From positions 13,234 to 77,233 of the forward strand of contig CAVYNH010000001.1 in NCBI GenBank assembly GCA_963769885.1: a stretch of DNA of 64,000 nt, read 5' to 3'. This DNA comes from Methanobacteriota archaeon (GTDB taxonomy: Archaea; Thermoplasmatota; E2; DHVEG-1). Below are positions 49,934 to 60,084 of this stretch, piece after piece; within the stretch, counting starts at the first letter, position 1, and each line of letters starts with the position of its first letter. The position numbers and the translations under genes were made by a program. The notes under the pieces were generated by a model. That model made no database searches. It worked only from the letters and a program-made list of their open reading frames with translations, and had not been told where the DNA came from.

Positions 49934-51034
49934 TTATTTCTTCATCAGGCCCATTTCTACGAGCTTCTCCGGTAGGTACGTGTCTGTGACGTAGTCCAGC
50001 CCGTACTTCGCCAGCGCCTGCTGCTCGGACTTCTTCCCGATTTCCAGCTGCAGCTTGATCTCATGCTTCCAGAACTGGTCCTGGAACCGCGGGTCGTCCA
50101 ACTCGCTCTTCAACGCATGGATGTCCTCCGCAGTGAGCGTATCCGTCGGCAGCTTGTAGTTGACGATATCCGAGGGCGTCACCCCGAGGTACTGGGCCGC
50201 CGGCGTCGCGAGGTACTCCGAGATATGCGCGGTCTTGATCGCCCCGTACGCGACGCTGCCGTAGATCCGGAAGCTCCAGGGGTCGCAGTCCGTGAAGACC
50301 AGGACCGGCAGCCGTTTTTCCTCGTTGAGCCGCTTGATGAAACGCCGCGTCGACCGCGCCGGCTGCCCCTTAAGATGCACGAGGATCGCACGGGAGTCCG
50401 TGTCGAACCCGTTCTCCACCAGCCGGTCGAACATACCGCCGGTCTCGATCGCGACCACGAAGTCCGCGTCCACCTCCTTGAATGACAGCTTCTCCTTCTC
50501 GACATTGTAGGGGATGCCGTAGCCGGCGTCGCCGACATCGTCCTGGCAGTGGATCCGCTTCTTCTTGTTGTTCCTGGTCACCTCCTCGATGACGAGGTTG
50601 CCGATGACGCGCGCGCCGTCCTCCTCCGGACGCAGCTTGAAGTCCTCCCGCATGCAGCCGGTGATGACCTCAAGGTCCTCCGCGAGCAGGTCTGACTCAT
50701 CCTGCGTATGGAACTTCGCCAGGTTCCAGCCCTCAGAGATGTAATAGGTTTCTCTGAGCGTCGACGACTTCTTCTGGTTGATCATCTCCTTGATGAAGTC
50801 CACCATATACATCGTCCGCAGCAGCATGTACGCCCCATCCAGGGACATCGCGGACCGCTCCGTCGTCTGCTTCCCGTACTTCCAGACGTTCAGATTATCA
50901 TCGAACCGGATGTTCGCCTTCGTCCGAGTGGACAGGTTCAGATGCGGGATCTCCGCCTTCTGCAGGTCGGAGTACACCTTCTGCGCGATACTATCGATCT
51001 TGGAGATGACCTCCTTGTAGCTCTTCTCAACCAT
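49934..51034 (-). CDS. top6A: DNA topoisomerase VI subunit A
   Basis: [31 protein letters not shown]. Confidence 0.96.
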   Translation of the reverse strand: MVEKSYKEVISKIDSIAQKVYSDLQKAEIPHLNLSTRTKANIRFDDNLNVWKYGKQTTERSAMSLDGAYMLLRTMYMVDFIKEMINQKKSSTLRETYYISEGWNLAKFHTQDESDLLAEDLEVITGCMREDFKLRPEEDGARVIGNLVIEEVTRNNKKKRIHCQDDVGDAGYGIPYNVEKEKLSFKEVDADFVVAIETGGMFDRLVENGFDTDSRAILVHLKGQPARSTRRFIKRLNEEKRLPVLVFTDCDPWSFRIYGSVAYGAIKTAHISEYLATPAAQYLGVTPSDIVNYKLPTDTLTAEDIHALKSELDDPRFQDQFWKHEIKLQLEIGKKSEQQALAKYGLDYVTDTYLPEKLVEMGLMKK

Positions 51035-51036
51035 GG

Positions 51037-52980
51037 TTACTCGCCCTCCCATTGATCCGCACCGATCACGTACGTGGGATTAATCCCCTGAACGTACAGA
51101 TCATTCTCATCGAAGTCTCCCTTGTTCAGCCCCGCGAGCTCGAAGTACACGTCGACCTTGTTCGTCGGGTCGATACTGTCCAGGTTCCAGCGGATATAGT
51201 CCGGGGTGACCTTTACTGGCGCCGGCTTGACCGTGCCGACCACCGCGTCCTTCGGGATGAGTGCGTAGAGGCTGAACCGTTGCGGCTTGTTCTTGTAATT
51301 GACGATGAGGATGCTGCTCTTCGTGATCCACCCGCCATCGTCCTTCAACTGCGACAAGTCGGTGGAGAGCTTCGCCTGCATCGCCTTCCCCGGCGTCCGC
51401 TTGACTTTCTCGTATTCAATCGCATCCTCGATCCAGACGACATCCATGATCCTCGTGATGACTTTATCTAATGAGGGGATTGGTTTATCCAGCATCTTGG
51501 CCGACTTCTTCGCGATTTCCGGTAGGATCTTCGTGATCAAATCGAACTTCTCCCGGGTCTTCACCCGGCGAACCTTCTTATGGATATGATACTGCACCTT
51601 GCGCGCACACTCCCGAAACGCGAGGCGCACTTCGTTCTCGATCTCCTCGATATCCGCGATCGCCTCCTTGCTCTCCGAGGTGTACGGGATCTGCGTCGAA
51701 CACAGATGCGTCAGGAAGATTGCCGGCCCGGTCGGGACCCCGGAGCCGTTCGGCTGGTCGAACCCGTACCGCCGCCAATCCATGCTCGCGATCGCCGCGG
51801 TCGACGCACAATCCCCCTGCTGATACAGCAACGGGATGCGGTTGGCGAACCGCATGAGCCGCACCGGCTTGTCCTTCGGCAACGTCCCACCGTACACGAT
51901 CCCGACCTCGACCTGAAAGGGGTTGCCGGAGAAGACCGCAGGCGGCCGCGTGCCAGTCACGATGAACTCCGGCGAGATCTCCTGCGTCTCATTCTTCAAG
52001 CTGCGTTTGATGAGCATCTCCCCGATCGGCGAGAGGCACTCCGTCGGCGGTGCCATCATCTTCACGGTCTTGAACGCCTTGTGGAGCTGCGCGAGCTGCT
52101 CGCGGCTCATCTCCCGCGGGTTGAGGTTGCGGTCCAATTGAGCAGCCTGGCAGACCGCATCCGCGGTCCGGTCGCCCATGCTGCAGAACTCGGTCTTCAA
52201 AAACCCGGCGAGCTTGCGGTTCTTCGACTCCTTCGCCATCTTGATCAAGGTCCCGAGCTCGACGCCATAGGGATGCGGTTGAATCTCCACGGATTTCGGC
52301 GGCAGCGTGTCCGCCGTACGCTCGAACACCGTCGTCTGACCCTCGGCATCCTTGTACGTGATGCGGGCATGCGGGTTGACAATAGAGGTGCTTTGGAGGT
52401 AATCGTAGACGAAGCGTTTCCCGTTCTTGTAGTTCGCAATGATGGTGACCTCGATGCGGGTGCCGCTGGGCTTGTCCCAATGCTGGATCTCCTGCCCGAC
52501 GACCTCGCCGCGGTTCTTGGTCGTATCCATCGCAAGCGACGTCACGACCGCGGGACGGTCTGCCGCGATCTTCGACATGATGGTCGCATGCTTCCCCGTC
52601 GTCAACTGACCGTACAACACGACAGCGGAGATCCCGATGCCCTGCTGCCCGCGCGTCTGTCGAACGGCATGGAACCGCGAGCCATACAGGAGCCGGCCAA
52701 AGATATGCGGAATCTGCTGCTTGATGATGCCGGGCCCGTTGTCCTCGACGATGATCGTGCATTCATCGCCTTCGTGATTCCGGAGTTCCACGCAGAGGTC
52801 GGGGAGGATGCCGGCTTCCTCGCAGGCATCAAGCGCGTTGTCGACCGCCTCTTTCACACTGGTGACGAGCGCCCGAGTCGGGTTTCCGAGACCAAGGATA
52901 TGCTTATTCCGCTCAAAGAACTCCGCAACGGAAATCTCCTGTTGTTTCTCCGCAAGTTTGTAAGCTATGGGATCGGTCAA
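51037..52980 (-). CDS. top6B: DNA topoisomerase VI subunit B
   Basis: [39 protein letters not shown]; TTG start at 52980 after GGAGG preferred. Confidence 0.96.
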   Translation of the reverse strand: MTDPIAYKLAEKQQEISVAEFFERNKHILGLGNPTRALVTSVKEAVDNALDACEEAGILPDLCVELRNHEGDECTIIVEDNGPGIIKQQIPHIFGRLLYGSRFHAVRQTRGQQGIGISAVVLYGQLTTGKHATIMSKIAADRPAVVTSLAMDTTKNRGEVVGQEIQHWDKPSGTRIEVTIIANYKNGKRFVYDYLQSTSIVNPHARITYKDAEGQTTVFERTADTLPPKSVEIQPHPYGVELGTLIKMAKESKNRKLAGFLKTEFCSMGDRTADAVCQAAQLDRNLNPREMSREQLAQLHKAFKTVKMMAPPTECLSPIGEMLIKRSLKNETQEISPEFIVTGTRPPAVFSGNPFQVEVGIVYGGTLPKDKPVRLMRFANRIPLLYQQGDCASTAAIASMDWRRYGFDQPNGSGVPTGPAIFLTHLCSTQIPYTSESKEAIADIEEIENEVRLAFRECARKVQYHIHKKVRRVKTREKFDLITKILPEIAKKSAKMLDKPIPSLDKVITRIMDVVWIEDAIEYEKVKRTPGKAMQAKLSTDLSQLKDDGGWITKSSILIVNYKNKPQRFSLYALIPKDAVVGTVKPAPVKVTPDYIRWNLDSIDPTNKVDVYFELAGLNKGDFDENDLYVQGINPTYVIGADQWEGE

Positions 52981-53164
52981 GAACTCATCCCTCCACAAGC
53001 CCACCATGGCCTGGGCATCCGACAACGTAATCTGTCAAGCTCATATAAAATTTATTCTGGTTTATTTTCAGCATCAGAAAATAATCCTACGACTCTTGCG
53101 ATGACAAAGTCGCAGATGGCATAGCTACCCGTCAATAAACATACCAGGATGTTAGTGTATACTG

Positions 53165-53317
53165 GGGCTTGGTTCATAATTCCCAACAGGAGAAATTGTT
53201 TACACGACCGCGGATTCTAGAATGCGAATAATTTGGAAGAAAAAAAGTAGGGATGCGTTAGACCTGGGAATTCTTCATGATGTATCCAACAGGAGAAACG
53301 AATTATGAACCAGGCCC
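53165..53317. mobile_element. 153-bp MITE
   Basis: 18-bp TIRs GGGCTTGGTTCATAATTC / GAATTATGAACCAGGCCC (17/18); 8-bp TSD GTATACTG at 53157-53164 and 53318-53325. Confidence 0.85.
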
Positions 53318-53493
53318 GTATACTGTTTAAATAGATGTTTCATAGAGGAGACTAGTTATTATTGATATACAAATCCCTCTTTCATATTATGCAAGATATA
53401 AATATATGATATAGATTATCATATCAAAAGTTGGAACGAAGTATGAAAGATAAATTCTTAGAGTTTATCATAGAGGCATTGCTGGTTGGGTAG

Positions 53494-54435
53494 ATGAAAG
53501 ATAGAGCGTTGAAAGTCATGGACTTATTATCGAGCAGCGATAGCTCTTTGGCAAAATTTCTAAGGATTCAAAGGAGTATCGCAGCCCTCCCGGGGATTGC
53601 TGTTTACCTTGTCGTCGGATCATATTTTACAGGGTTAAATTTTTTCCACTTGAAATTCTTACTTGGCGAGCTTGCTCTCTATCTGCTTTCAGTAGCTGTC
53701 AATGGTTATAATAATCTCTTTGACATCGAAGAGGATAAACTAGCTACATCCAGTGGAATCGTGAAGGCGAACTATTTACTGAAAGAGTTTACATGGAGGC
53801 AATTGAAATGGAATTTTATACTCACAAGCATCGCCCTTGCTTGCGTAGTGCTTCTTACTGGAAATCTAGAATTTATTGCCTTGTGCGCTTTTACATACGC
53901 CCTTGGAATTGTATACACCAAACCAATTAGACTGAAAAACAGGCCACTCATAGGTACTTTATCCAACACATATGGGTTCTCAATTTTTCCCGTACTGAGC
54001 GCCTTCTTTTTGCTCAATGGCACGCTTACAGTCGCGATTGCATTTAGCCTGTCTATTTTTCTACCCACATTCGCATCTTGCCTTATCGCCGAAATCGCGG
54101 ACCGGGAAATTGACGGGAAAATTGGAACAAGAACTACCGCCCGTTGGCTTGGTAAACGCGCCAAGACAGCTATCATGGCCGTTTTGATCTTTTCAGTTGC
54201 TTTTTATTTTGTCGCTATCTACATCCACTGGGCTGTGATTCTTGTAACTCCATTTGTGGCAGCAATTCTCTATGAAACCCGTAAGCTTTACATGGACTTC
54301 ACGGATAAGAAAGCTGATTCTGTACTTGTAAAAATAGGCGCGAATATCTCTAGAATTCTCATAATCTATGTAATAGCCGCGATAATCCTGCACGCGACAG
54401 CAGCTACTCTACTTGCAAATATTTTTAATGCCTGA
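53494..54435 (+). CDS. UbiA-family prenyltransferase
   Basis: YNNLFDIEED, YT.PIRLK.RP, EIADREID..G..T; multi-TM, low GC. Confidence 0.88.
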   Translation: MKDRALKVMDLLSSSDSSLAKFLRIQRSIAALPGIAVYLVVGSYFTGLNFFHLKFLLGELALYLLSVAVNGYNNLFDIEEDKLATSSGIVKANYLLKEFTWRQLKWNFILTSIALACVVLLTGNLEFIALCAFTYALGIVYTKPIRLKNRPLIGTLSNTYGFSIFPVLSAFFLLNGTLTVAIAFSLSIFLPTFASCLIAEIADREIDGKIGTRTTARWLGKRAKTAIMAVLIFSVAFYFVAIYIHWAVILVTPFVAAILYETRKLYMDFTDKKADSVLVKIGANISRILIIYVIAAIILHATAATLLANIFNA

Positions 54436-54514
54436 AAAAGGATTCTATGCTTCAAGTATTAGCACGACTTAAACCAACTTTTGTGCTAATCATTAACAAC
54501 CCTGGATAAAACAT

Positions 54515-54539
54515 CCAAGGGTTCAAATCCCTTCCCCTG
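54515..54539 (+). other. tRNA 3' fragment (T arm + acceptor half), att-like relic
   Basis: AAGGG-TTCAAAT-CCCTT-CCCCTG with no 5' half. Confidence 0.55.
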
Positions 54540-54547
54540 AATTGAAT

Positions 54548-54932
54548 TTTATATAATACGAGTTTTTATTTTAACACAACCACGAGCGTAGTTCTCTCGG
54601 TCAATGTATCAAATCAAGGTCCAGACTCCTGCAATAACTATTCCTGCGAAATAAAAATCTATGGCATTGTTGGTCATAGAGTTAATCTTATCAGAATGTG
54701 GTTGTACCCATGGTTTGCTGGAATAACGTATAACGGTTCAGCGATTGCACCTGGTGATTATGAGAAAAAAAATGTTACAATATGTAATCCAGGAAGGGGA
54801 TTGTGGATTGCACGATGTACTATCACTTCTTCTGGAGATACCAATCATAAGGATAACAAATGCCACTGCTTGATTTGGGTACCTGAATTGTATTTCCTCC
54901 ATAAATTCTTACCGAAAATATTTCCAAGATAA
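54548..54932 (+). pseudogene. 5'-truncated CARDB-like secreted protein remnant
   Basis: The open frame extends upstream of 54696 (VNVSNQGPD) to a stop with no start or signal peptide; amphipathic tail FLHKFLPKIFPR. Confidence 0.55.
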
Positions 54933-55128
54933 AACCGTGCCATCGCTTAATCGCCCAGGGAATCAGGCATAGAAAGCACGAACCCCTGATGAATACGGTC
55001 CTCCGACTATTGATTTGTATTCGTTTTTTTTCTTTTCAACGCAGAGTAGAAGCGTTTATAAACAAATATTTACTTGTGCACACCGAACTTTCTCCCTATA
55101 AAACATTCAACCAAAGGTACGACGCTCT

Positions 55129-57843
55129 ATGGCAGACTACGACCAAAAAGCCTTCGAAACCAAATGGCAGGCCCAATGGCCAAAGATGAACATCTACCAC
55201 TACGACCCCGCAAGCAAGAAGCCACCGTACAGCATCGACGTCCCACCCCGCTACGCCTCCGGACCCCTACACGCGGGCCACGCCGTCCACTACACCCACA
55301 TCGACTTCGCCGCCCGCTACAAACGCATGCGCGGCTACAACGTCTTCTTCCCCCTCTGCTTCGACGTCAACGGCATCCCCATCGAGGAACGCGTCGAACG
55401 CAAACTCGGCATCACCCGCAAGGACATCAACCGCCACGAATTCACCAAACTCTGCTCGGAGTTCGCCACCAAGAACATCCAGACCATGACCGACCAGTTC
55501 ACCAAACTGGGCGAAAGCATGGACCCCAGCATCTACTACCAGACCGACGCCGAGTACTACCGCCGCATCACCCAAATCTCGTTCATCGAACTCTACCATA
55601 AAGGCCACATTTACAAAGGCGAATTCCCCGTCAACTGGTGCCCTCGCTGCATGACCGCCATGGCCGACGCCGAGGTCGTCTACAACGACCGCACCACCAA
55701 ACTCAACACCATCAAATTCTACTTCACCACCCCACCCAGCGAAGAGCTCATGAAATACCGCAGCGTCGGACAAGACCACCACGGCACCTATCTGGAGATT
55801 GCCACCACACGCCCCGAGATGCTCCCCAGCTGCCAGATCGTCGCCGTCCACCCCACCGACGAACGCGCACCCTGGCTCTCCGGCCTCAAAGTCACCGTCC
55901 CAGTCTTTAATAAAGAAGTCACGGTCGTCGAAGACGAGGCGGTCGACCCCACCTTCGGCACCGGCATCGTCATGATCTGCACCGTCGGCGACAAAGAGGA
56001 CCTCAAATGGGTCTTCAAGTACAAGCTGCCCCTGGACATGAGTATCGACGAGGAGGGCAAGATGACCTCGCTGTGCGGCAAATACTGCGGCATGACCATC
56101 ATCGACGCCCGCACCCAGATCATCACCGACATGAAAGCCCAGGGCCTCCTCATCAAGCAAGAACCCCTGGACCAGAGCGTCGGCGTCTGCTGGCGCTGCA
56201 AGACCGCAGTCGAGTTCATCAACGCCAAACAATGGTTCCTCAAGACCATCCCCTTCAAAGACCTCGTCCTCAAAGAAAGCGACCGCATGCACTGGTACCC
56301 CGAGTTCATGAAGATCCGCCTCGAAGACTGGGTCCACTCACTGGAATGGGACTGGGTCATCAGCAGACAGCGCTACTTCGCCACCCCTATCCCCCTCTGG
56401 GAATGCGACAAATGCGGCCACGTCATCGTCGCCAGAGAAGAAGACTGCTACGTCGACCCAACCATCGACAAGCCACCCGTAGAGAAATGCCCGAAGTGCA
56501 GCGGCAGGCTCATCGGCTGCCCGGACGTCTTCGACACCTGGATGGACTCCTCCATCTCCCCCCTCTACAACACCTACTGGAAACGAGACGAAAAACAGTA
56601 CAAACACCTCTACCCGATGTCCCTGCGGGCCCAGTCCCACGACATCATCCGCACCTGGGCGTTCTACACCATCCTGCGCTGCACCCTCCTCACCGAGAAG
56701 CCGCCGTTCGAGAGCATCATGATGGGCGGCTTCATCCTCTCCGAGGACGGCACCCCCATGCACGCCAGCCTCGGCAACGTCATCGACCCCCTCAAGGTCA
56801 TCGACGAGTACGGCGCGGACGCCTTCCGCTGCTACGCCGCCAGCTGCGCCCTCGGCGAAGACAACCCGTACCGGAAAAAAGATGCCGTCCGCGGCCAAAA
56901 ACTCCTCCGCAAACTCTGGAACGTCCAACAGTTCATCCGCCAGGCCGTCCCCGAACCACCGCAGAAACCATCACACTTCACGGACGTGGACCTCTGGATC
57001 CTCTCCAAATACAGCCAGCTTGTGAAACGGTGCACCGACTGGATGGACGTCTTCGAGTACTCCCCAACTATGAAGGATGTCGAGTACTTCCTCTGGCACG
57101 AGGTCGCAGACCACTACCTCGAAATGGTCAAGGACTCCCTCTACAGCGGCCGGGATGTAGACAGCATCCGGTACACCCTCTACACGATCGGCTATGGGCT
57201 GCTGCGCCTCTTCGCCCCCTTCTTCCCGCACCTCACCGAGGAGGTCTACCAGGACTACTACCATCAGTTCGAAGCCCCGGTGAGCATCCATGTCGCCAGC
57301 TGGCCGGAGCCAATCCTCGTCGATATGGAGAAACTTGCGGCAGGCGAGACCGTGAAGAACTACATCGCCCGGATGCGATCATGGAAGAGCGAGCAGGGGC
57401 TAGCCCTCAACGCACCCATAAACGCCATCGCAACATACGCCCCTGAGGCACAAGCCAAACAGTTGCAGAAAAACGCGTCAATCATCGTCTCCACCCTAAA
57501 GTACCCGACGACCCATGAGTTCAAGGTAGGAAAACCCCAAGTCCATGAGGTCGTCACCACTGTAGAACCCGTCTATGCGAAACTAGGGCCGCAATTGAAA
57601 GCACAGAGCAAGACGATTACGGACTGGATCAAAGGACATCAGCAGGACCTCATCACTCTGCTTGAGAAGACAAGTGACATTACCTTCAAGGATCTGCCCG
57701 GCGTCCATGTCCCGAAGCCCAGCGAAAGCCTCATAAAGAATGGCTTCCTTACGCTGAAAAAAGAAATCCAAATCAAAGGGAAGAAAGGAAGCGCCATCCT
57801 CAATCTGCCGGATGGCGTCTATGTCGAAGTGAAGAAGGGGTGA
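55129..57843 (+). CDS. valS: Valine--tRNA ligase
   Basis: PPRYASGPLHAGH, WDWVISRQR, DVFDTWMDSS, HDIIRTW, PMHASLGN (KMSKS variant). Confidence 0.96.
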   Translation: MADYDQKAFETKWQAQWPKMNIYHYDPASKKPPYSIDVPPRYASGPLHAGHAVHYTHIDFAARYKRMRGYNVFFPLCFDVNGIPIEERVERKLGITRKDINRHEFTKLCSEFATKNIQTMTDQFTKLGESMDPSIYYQTDAEYYRRITQISFIELYHKGHIYKGEFPVNWCPRCMTAMADAEVVYNDRTTKLNTIKFYFTTPPSEELMKYRSVGQDHHGTYLEIATTRPEMLPSCQIVAVHPTDERAPWLSGLKVTVPVFNKEVTVVEDEAVDPTFGTGIVMICTVGDKEDLKWVFKYKLPLDMSIDEEGKMTSLCGKYCGMTIIDARTQIITDMKAQGLLIKQEPLDQSVGVCWRCKTAVEFINAKQWFLKTIPFKDLVLKESDRMHWYPEFMKIRLEDWVHSLEWDWVISRQRYFATPIPLWECDKCGHVIVAREEDCYVDPTIDKPPVEKCPKCSGRLIGCPDVFDTWMDSSISPLYNTYWKRDEKQYKHLYPMSLRAQSHDIIRTWAFYTILRCTLLTEKPPFESIMMGGFILSEDGTPMHASLGNVIDPLKVIDEYGADAFRCYAASCALGEDNPYRKKDAVRGQKLLRKLWNVQQFIRQAVPEPPQKPSHFTDVDLWILSKYSQLVKRCTDWMDVFEYSPTMKDVEYFLWHEVADHYLEMVKDSLYSGRDVDSIRYTLYTIGYGLLRLFAPFFPHLTEEVYQDYYHQFEAPVSIHVASWPEPILVDMEKLAAGETVKNYIARMRSWKSEQGLALNAPINAIATYAPEAQAKQLQKNASIIVSTLKYPTTHEFKVGKPQVHEVVTTVEPVYAKLGPQLKAQSKTITDWIKGHQQDLITLLEKTSDITFKDLPGVHVPKPSESLIKNGFLTLKKEIQIKGKKGSAILNLPDGVYVEVKKG

Positions 57844-57852
57844 AGGAACCAA

Positions 57853-57954
57853 ATGGCGAAGCGCCGCAACTTCCGGTCCTTGTTCATAAAAATCGTCGCC
57901 GTCCTCGTCATCATTTTAATGGTCGTCGGCGGATTCATCGTTCTTTTCAAATAA
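57853..57954 (+). CDS. 33-aa single-TM small protein
   Basis: MAKRRNFRSLFIKIVAVLVIILMVVGGFIVLFK after an AAGGA RBS. Confidence 0.55.
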   Translation: MAKRRNFRSLFIKIVAVLVIILMVVGGFIVLFK

Positions 57955-57988
57955 CTTCAAAGAAAAAGAGACGGGAGGAATCTTCAAC

Positions 57989-58372
57989 ATGCCTCAGCAG
58001 CGATATACGACCGTGATCTCCTGCCGGGACGAAGGCCCGCAGGACCCAGTCGTGAAATGGATTAAAGGGAATTATCATGTCGATGCGGTAGATATGATCG
58101 CGGAGCCGCAAGCAATACATTCACTGGCCACAGACCCGGAAAGCCCGTGCGCAAAATCCATCCAGAAACGAACCGAGGAATCCCGCAGACGACACGGCTC
58201 GGACCTCGTTGCAGTCGTCGCCCACGAGGACTGCAAAGGAACAGTTGCGACAAAAGAAATCCAGATACATTACCTTAATGCCGCCTCAGACCTCATCTAC
58301 ACCTGGGGCTACCCTATCGACATCATCCGCCTTTACGTCAACACCCAAGGCACCGTCAGCCAGCTCCCCTAA
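57989..58372 (+). CDS. Beta-class carbonic anhydrase-like protein
   Basis: CxD (SCRDE) and HxxC (AHEDC) zinc ligands. Confidence 0.75.
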   Translation: MPQQRYTTVISCRDEGPQDPVVKWIKGNYHVDAVDMIAEPQAIHSLATDPESPCAKSIQKRTEESRRRHGSDLVAVVAHEDCKGTVATKEIQIHYLNAASDLIYTWGYPIDIIRLYVNTQGTVSQLP

Positions 58373-58476
58373 TATCATCCCGTGTCCTGAACAACCGCGG
58401 TTGTCCCATCGCCCCCATGTTTTTCTCGATAGATTATTAAGGGACGGCCGGATTCCCCCCACGGAGAGGAGTTTGT

Positions 58477-59073
58477 ATGAGTGAAAAGAGCATCTTCGCC
58501 AACCCAGCTCCCTTAGGACTCTTAGGCTTCGGAATGACCACCATCCTGCTGAACATCGCCAACACTGGCGCGTTCACCATCAGCGCCATGGTCCTGGCCA
58601 TGGGCATCTTCTACGGAGGTCTCGCCCAGATCCTCGCCGGCGTCATGGAATACAAGAACGGCAACACCTTCGGCACGACCGCGTTCACCTCGTACGGCCT
58701 CTTCTGGCTTTCCCTCGTCGCCCTCCTCCTGCTCCCGCACATCACCTTCCTCGGCGGCGCCGCAGCCTCAGCCGCTACAGACGCCCACTTCCTCGCCTGG
58801 TACTTCTTCTTCTGGGGACTGTTCACCATGATGATGTTCATCGCGACCCTCAAGAAAAATACGATGCTGCAGGTCGTCTTCGCCACCCTGTTCATCCTCT
58901 TCTACCTGCTCGCCTTGCGCGACTGGGGGTACATCACTGGCGATGCAGCGAACCTCATCGGCTACGAAGGCATCCTCTGCGGCCTCAGCGCCGTGTACCT
59001 CGCCTTAGCCGAGGTCATCAACGAAACCTATGGCAAAACCATCCTGCCGATCGGCAAACCCCTCATCAAATAG
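58477..59073 (+). CDS. satP: Acetate uptake transporter (GPR1/FUN34/YaaH)
   Basis: [28 protein letters not shown]. Confidence 0.93.
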   Translation: MSEKSIFANPAPLGLLGFGMTTILLNIANTGAFTISAMVLAMGIFYGGLAQILAGVMEYKNGNTFGTTAFTSYGLFWLSLVALLLLPHITFLGGAAASAATDAHFLAWYFFFWGLFTMMMFIATLKKNTMLQVVFATLFILFYLLALRDWGYITGDAANLIGYEGILCGLSAVYLALAEVINETYGKTILPIGKPLIK

Positions 59074-59079
59074 AACAGG

Positions 59080-60084
59080 CTACAGCTCCACAAGGCGGTA
59101 GGAGGATGATCCCAACCCGATCTCCTCCCCATACTTTATCTGCTTCCGAGGATCGACCCGGTTCACCTTCTGGAACACCCCAGGCGCGACGCAATCAACC
59201 AGGTCAAGCGACGCCGCATCCACCGCCACCACATCCGCACCGAGCACGTACCCCACATCCGGCGCGATCACCGGGCCTGCACCCGGGTCGCAATCGCAGC
59301 CCCGCGACACCCGCTTGATCTCATTGAGAAACAACCCGCACTTACCGCCTAGACACGCCTTCGCCGAGCACGCCAACAGCAACTGCAAATCCGCATCCTG
59401 AAACGTCAACGCCTTCTGCGCACACGCATCGACACAGACCCCGCACCCAAAACACGCATCCCTATCCTGCGACCGCCCTCGCTTCCCCACGGTGATCGCC
59501 TCGAACGGGCACACCTCCGCGCACACCCCGCACAACGTACACCCCTCCCGATGGTACACCGGCCGGCTGCCCTCATGGATCGCGCTCTTCGACTCCGGCG
59601 TCACCCCGCCCATCCCGAAATTCTTGATCGCTCCGCCCATCCCCGTCTGAATATGCCCCTTCACATGCGACACCCCCACCACCGCCCGCGCCTCGCTCAA
59701 ATGTGTGGCAACCGTAAACAACCGCCCCTCCACCACCGTTGGTACCCCCGTATCATCAATGACCACGTCGCAGCCGACGTTTTCCACCGTAAATCCATGC
59801 TTCCGAGCTACCGATAAGTACCCCTCTCTCGTCCGCCGCGGACTCCGATACTTCACCGTCGTATCAGTCAAGAACGGCACCGCACCCACCCGCACCAGCT
59901 CCCGAACCACCGGCCGCACCAGACTCGGCTGCGGAAAAAACTTGTTCCCCGGCTCCCCCATATGCATCTTCACCGGCACCCGCTCTCCCTTAAACCCAGC
60001 TAACTCAAAAAAAGACAACGCCTTAGGCAGTTGAACCAGATTGCGGAAAAACACGACGAAGGTCAGCCGACTTTCTTCTCCCAT
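59080..60084 (-). CDS. DUF362 family 4Fe-4S protein
   Basis: KMHMGE, SHVKGH..GGAIKN.GMG, two CxxCxxCxxxC, CDC. Confidence 0.9.
   Translation of the reverse strand: MGEESRLTFVVFFRNLVQLPKALSFFELAGFKGERVPVKMHMGEPGNKFFPQPSLVRPVVRELVRVGAVPFLTDTTVKYRSPRRTREGYLSVARKHGFTVENVGCDVVIDDTGVPTVVEGRLFTVATHLSEARAVVGVSHVKGHIQTGMGGAIKNFGMGGVTPESKSAIHEGSRPVYHREGCTLCGVCAEVCPFEAITVGKRGRSQDRDACFGCGVCVDACAQKALTFQDADLQLLLACSAKACLGGKCGLFLNEIKRVSRGCDCDPGAGPVIAPDVGYVLGADVVAVDAASLDLVDCVAPGVFQKVNRVDPRKQIKYGEEIGLGSSSYRLVEL

Larger units (their letters stand above)
49109..49936. mobile_element. Toxin-antitoxin islet flanked by 17-bp direct repeats
   Basis: GGCCGTAAGCCTCTTTA at 49109-49125 and 49920-49936; low GC. Confidence 0.65.

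Noticed and set aside
53443-53496. 16-codon ORF ending in TAG directly before the ubiA ATG (possible pyrrolysine read-through or leader peptide)
   Set aside because: No pyl genes in the window and UbiA is complete without it; too short to support.
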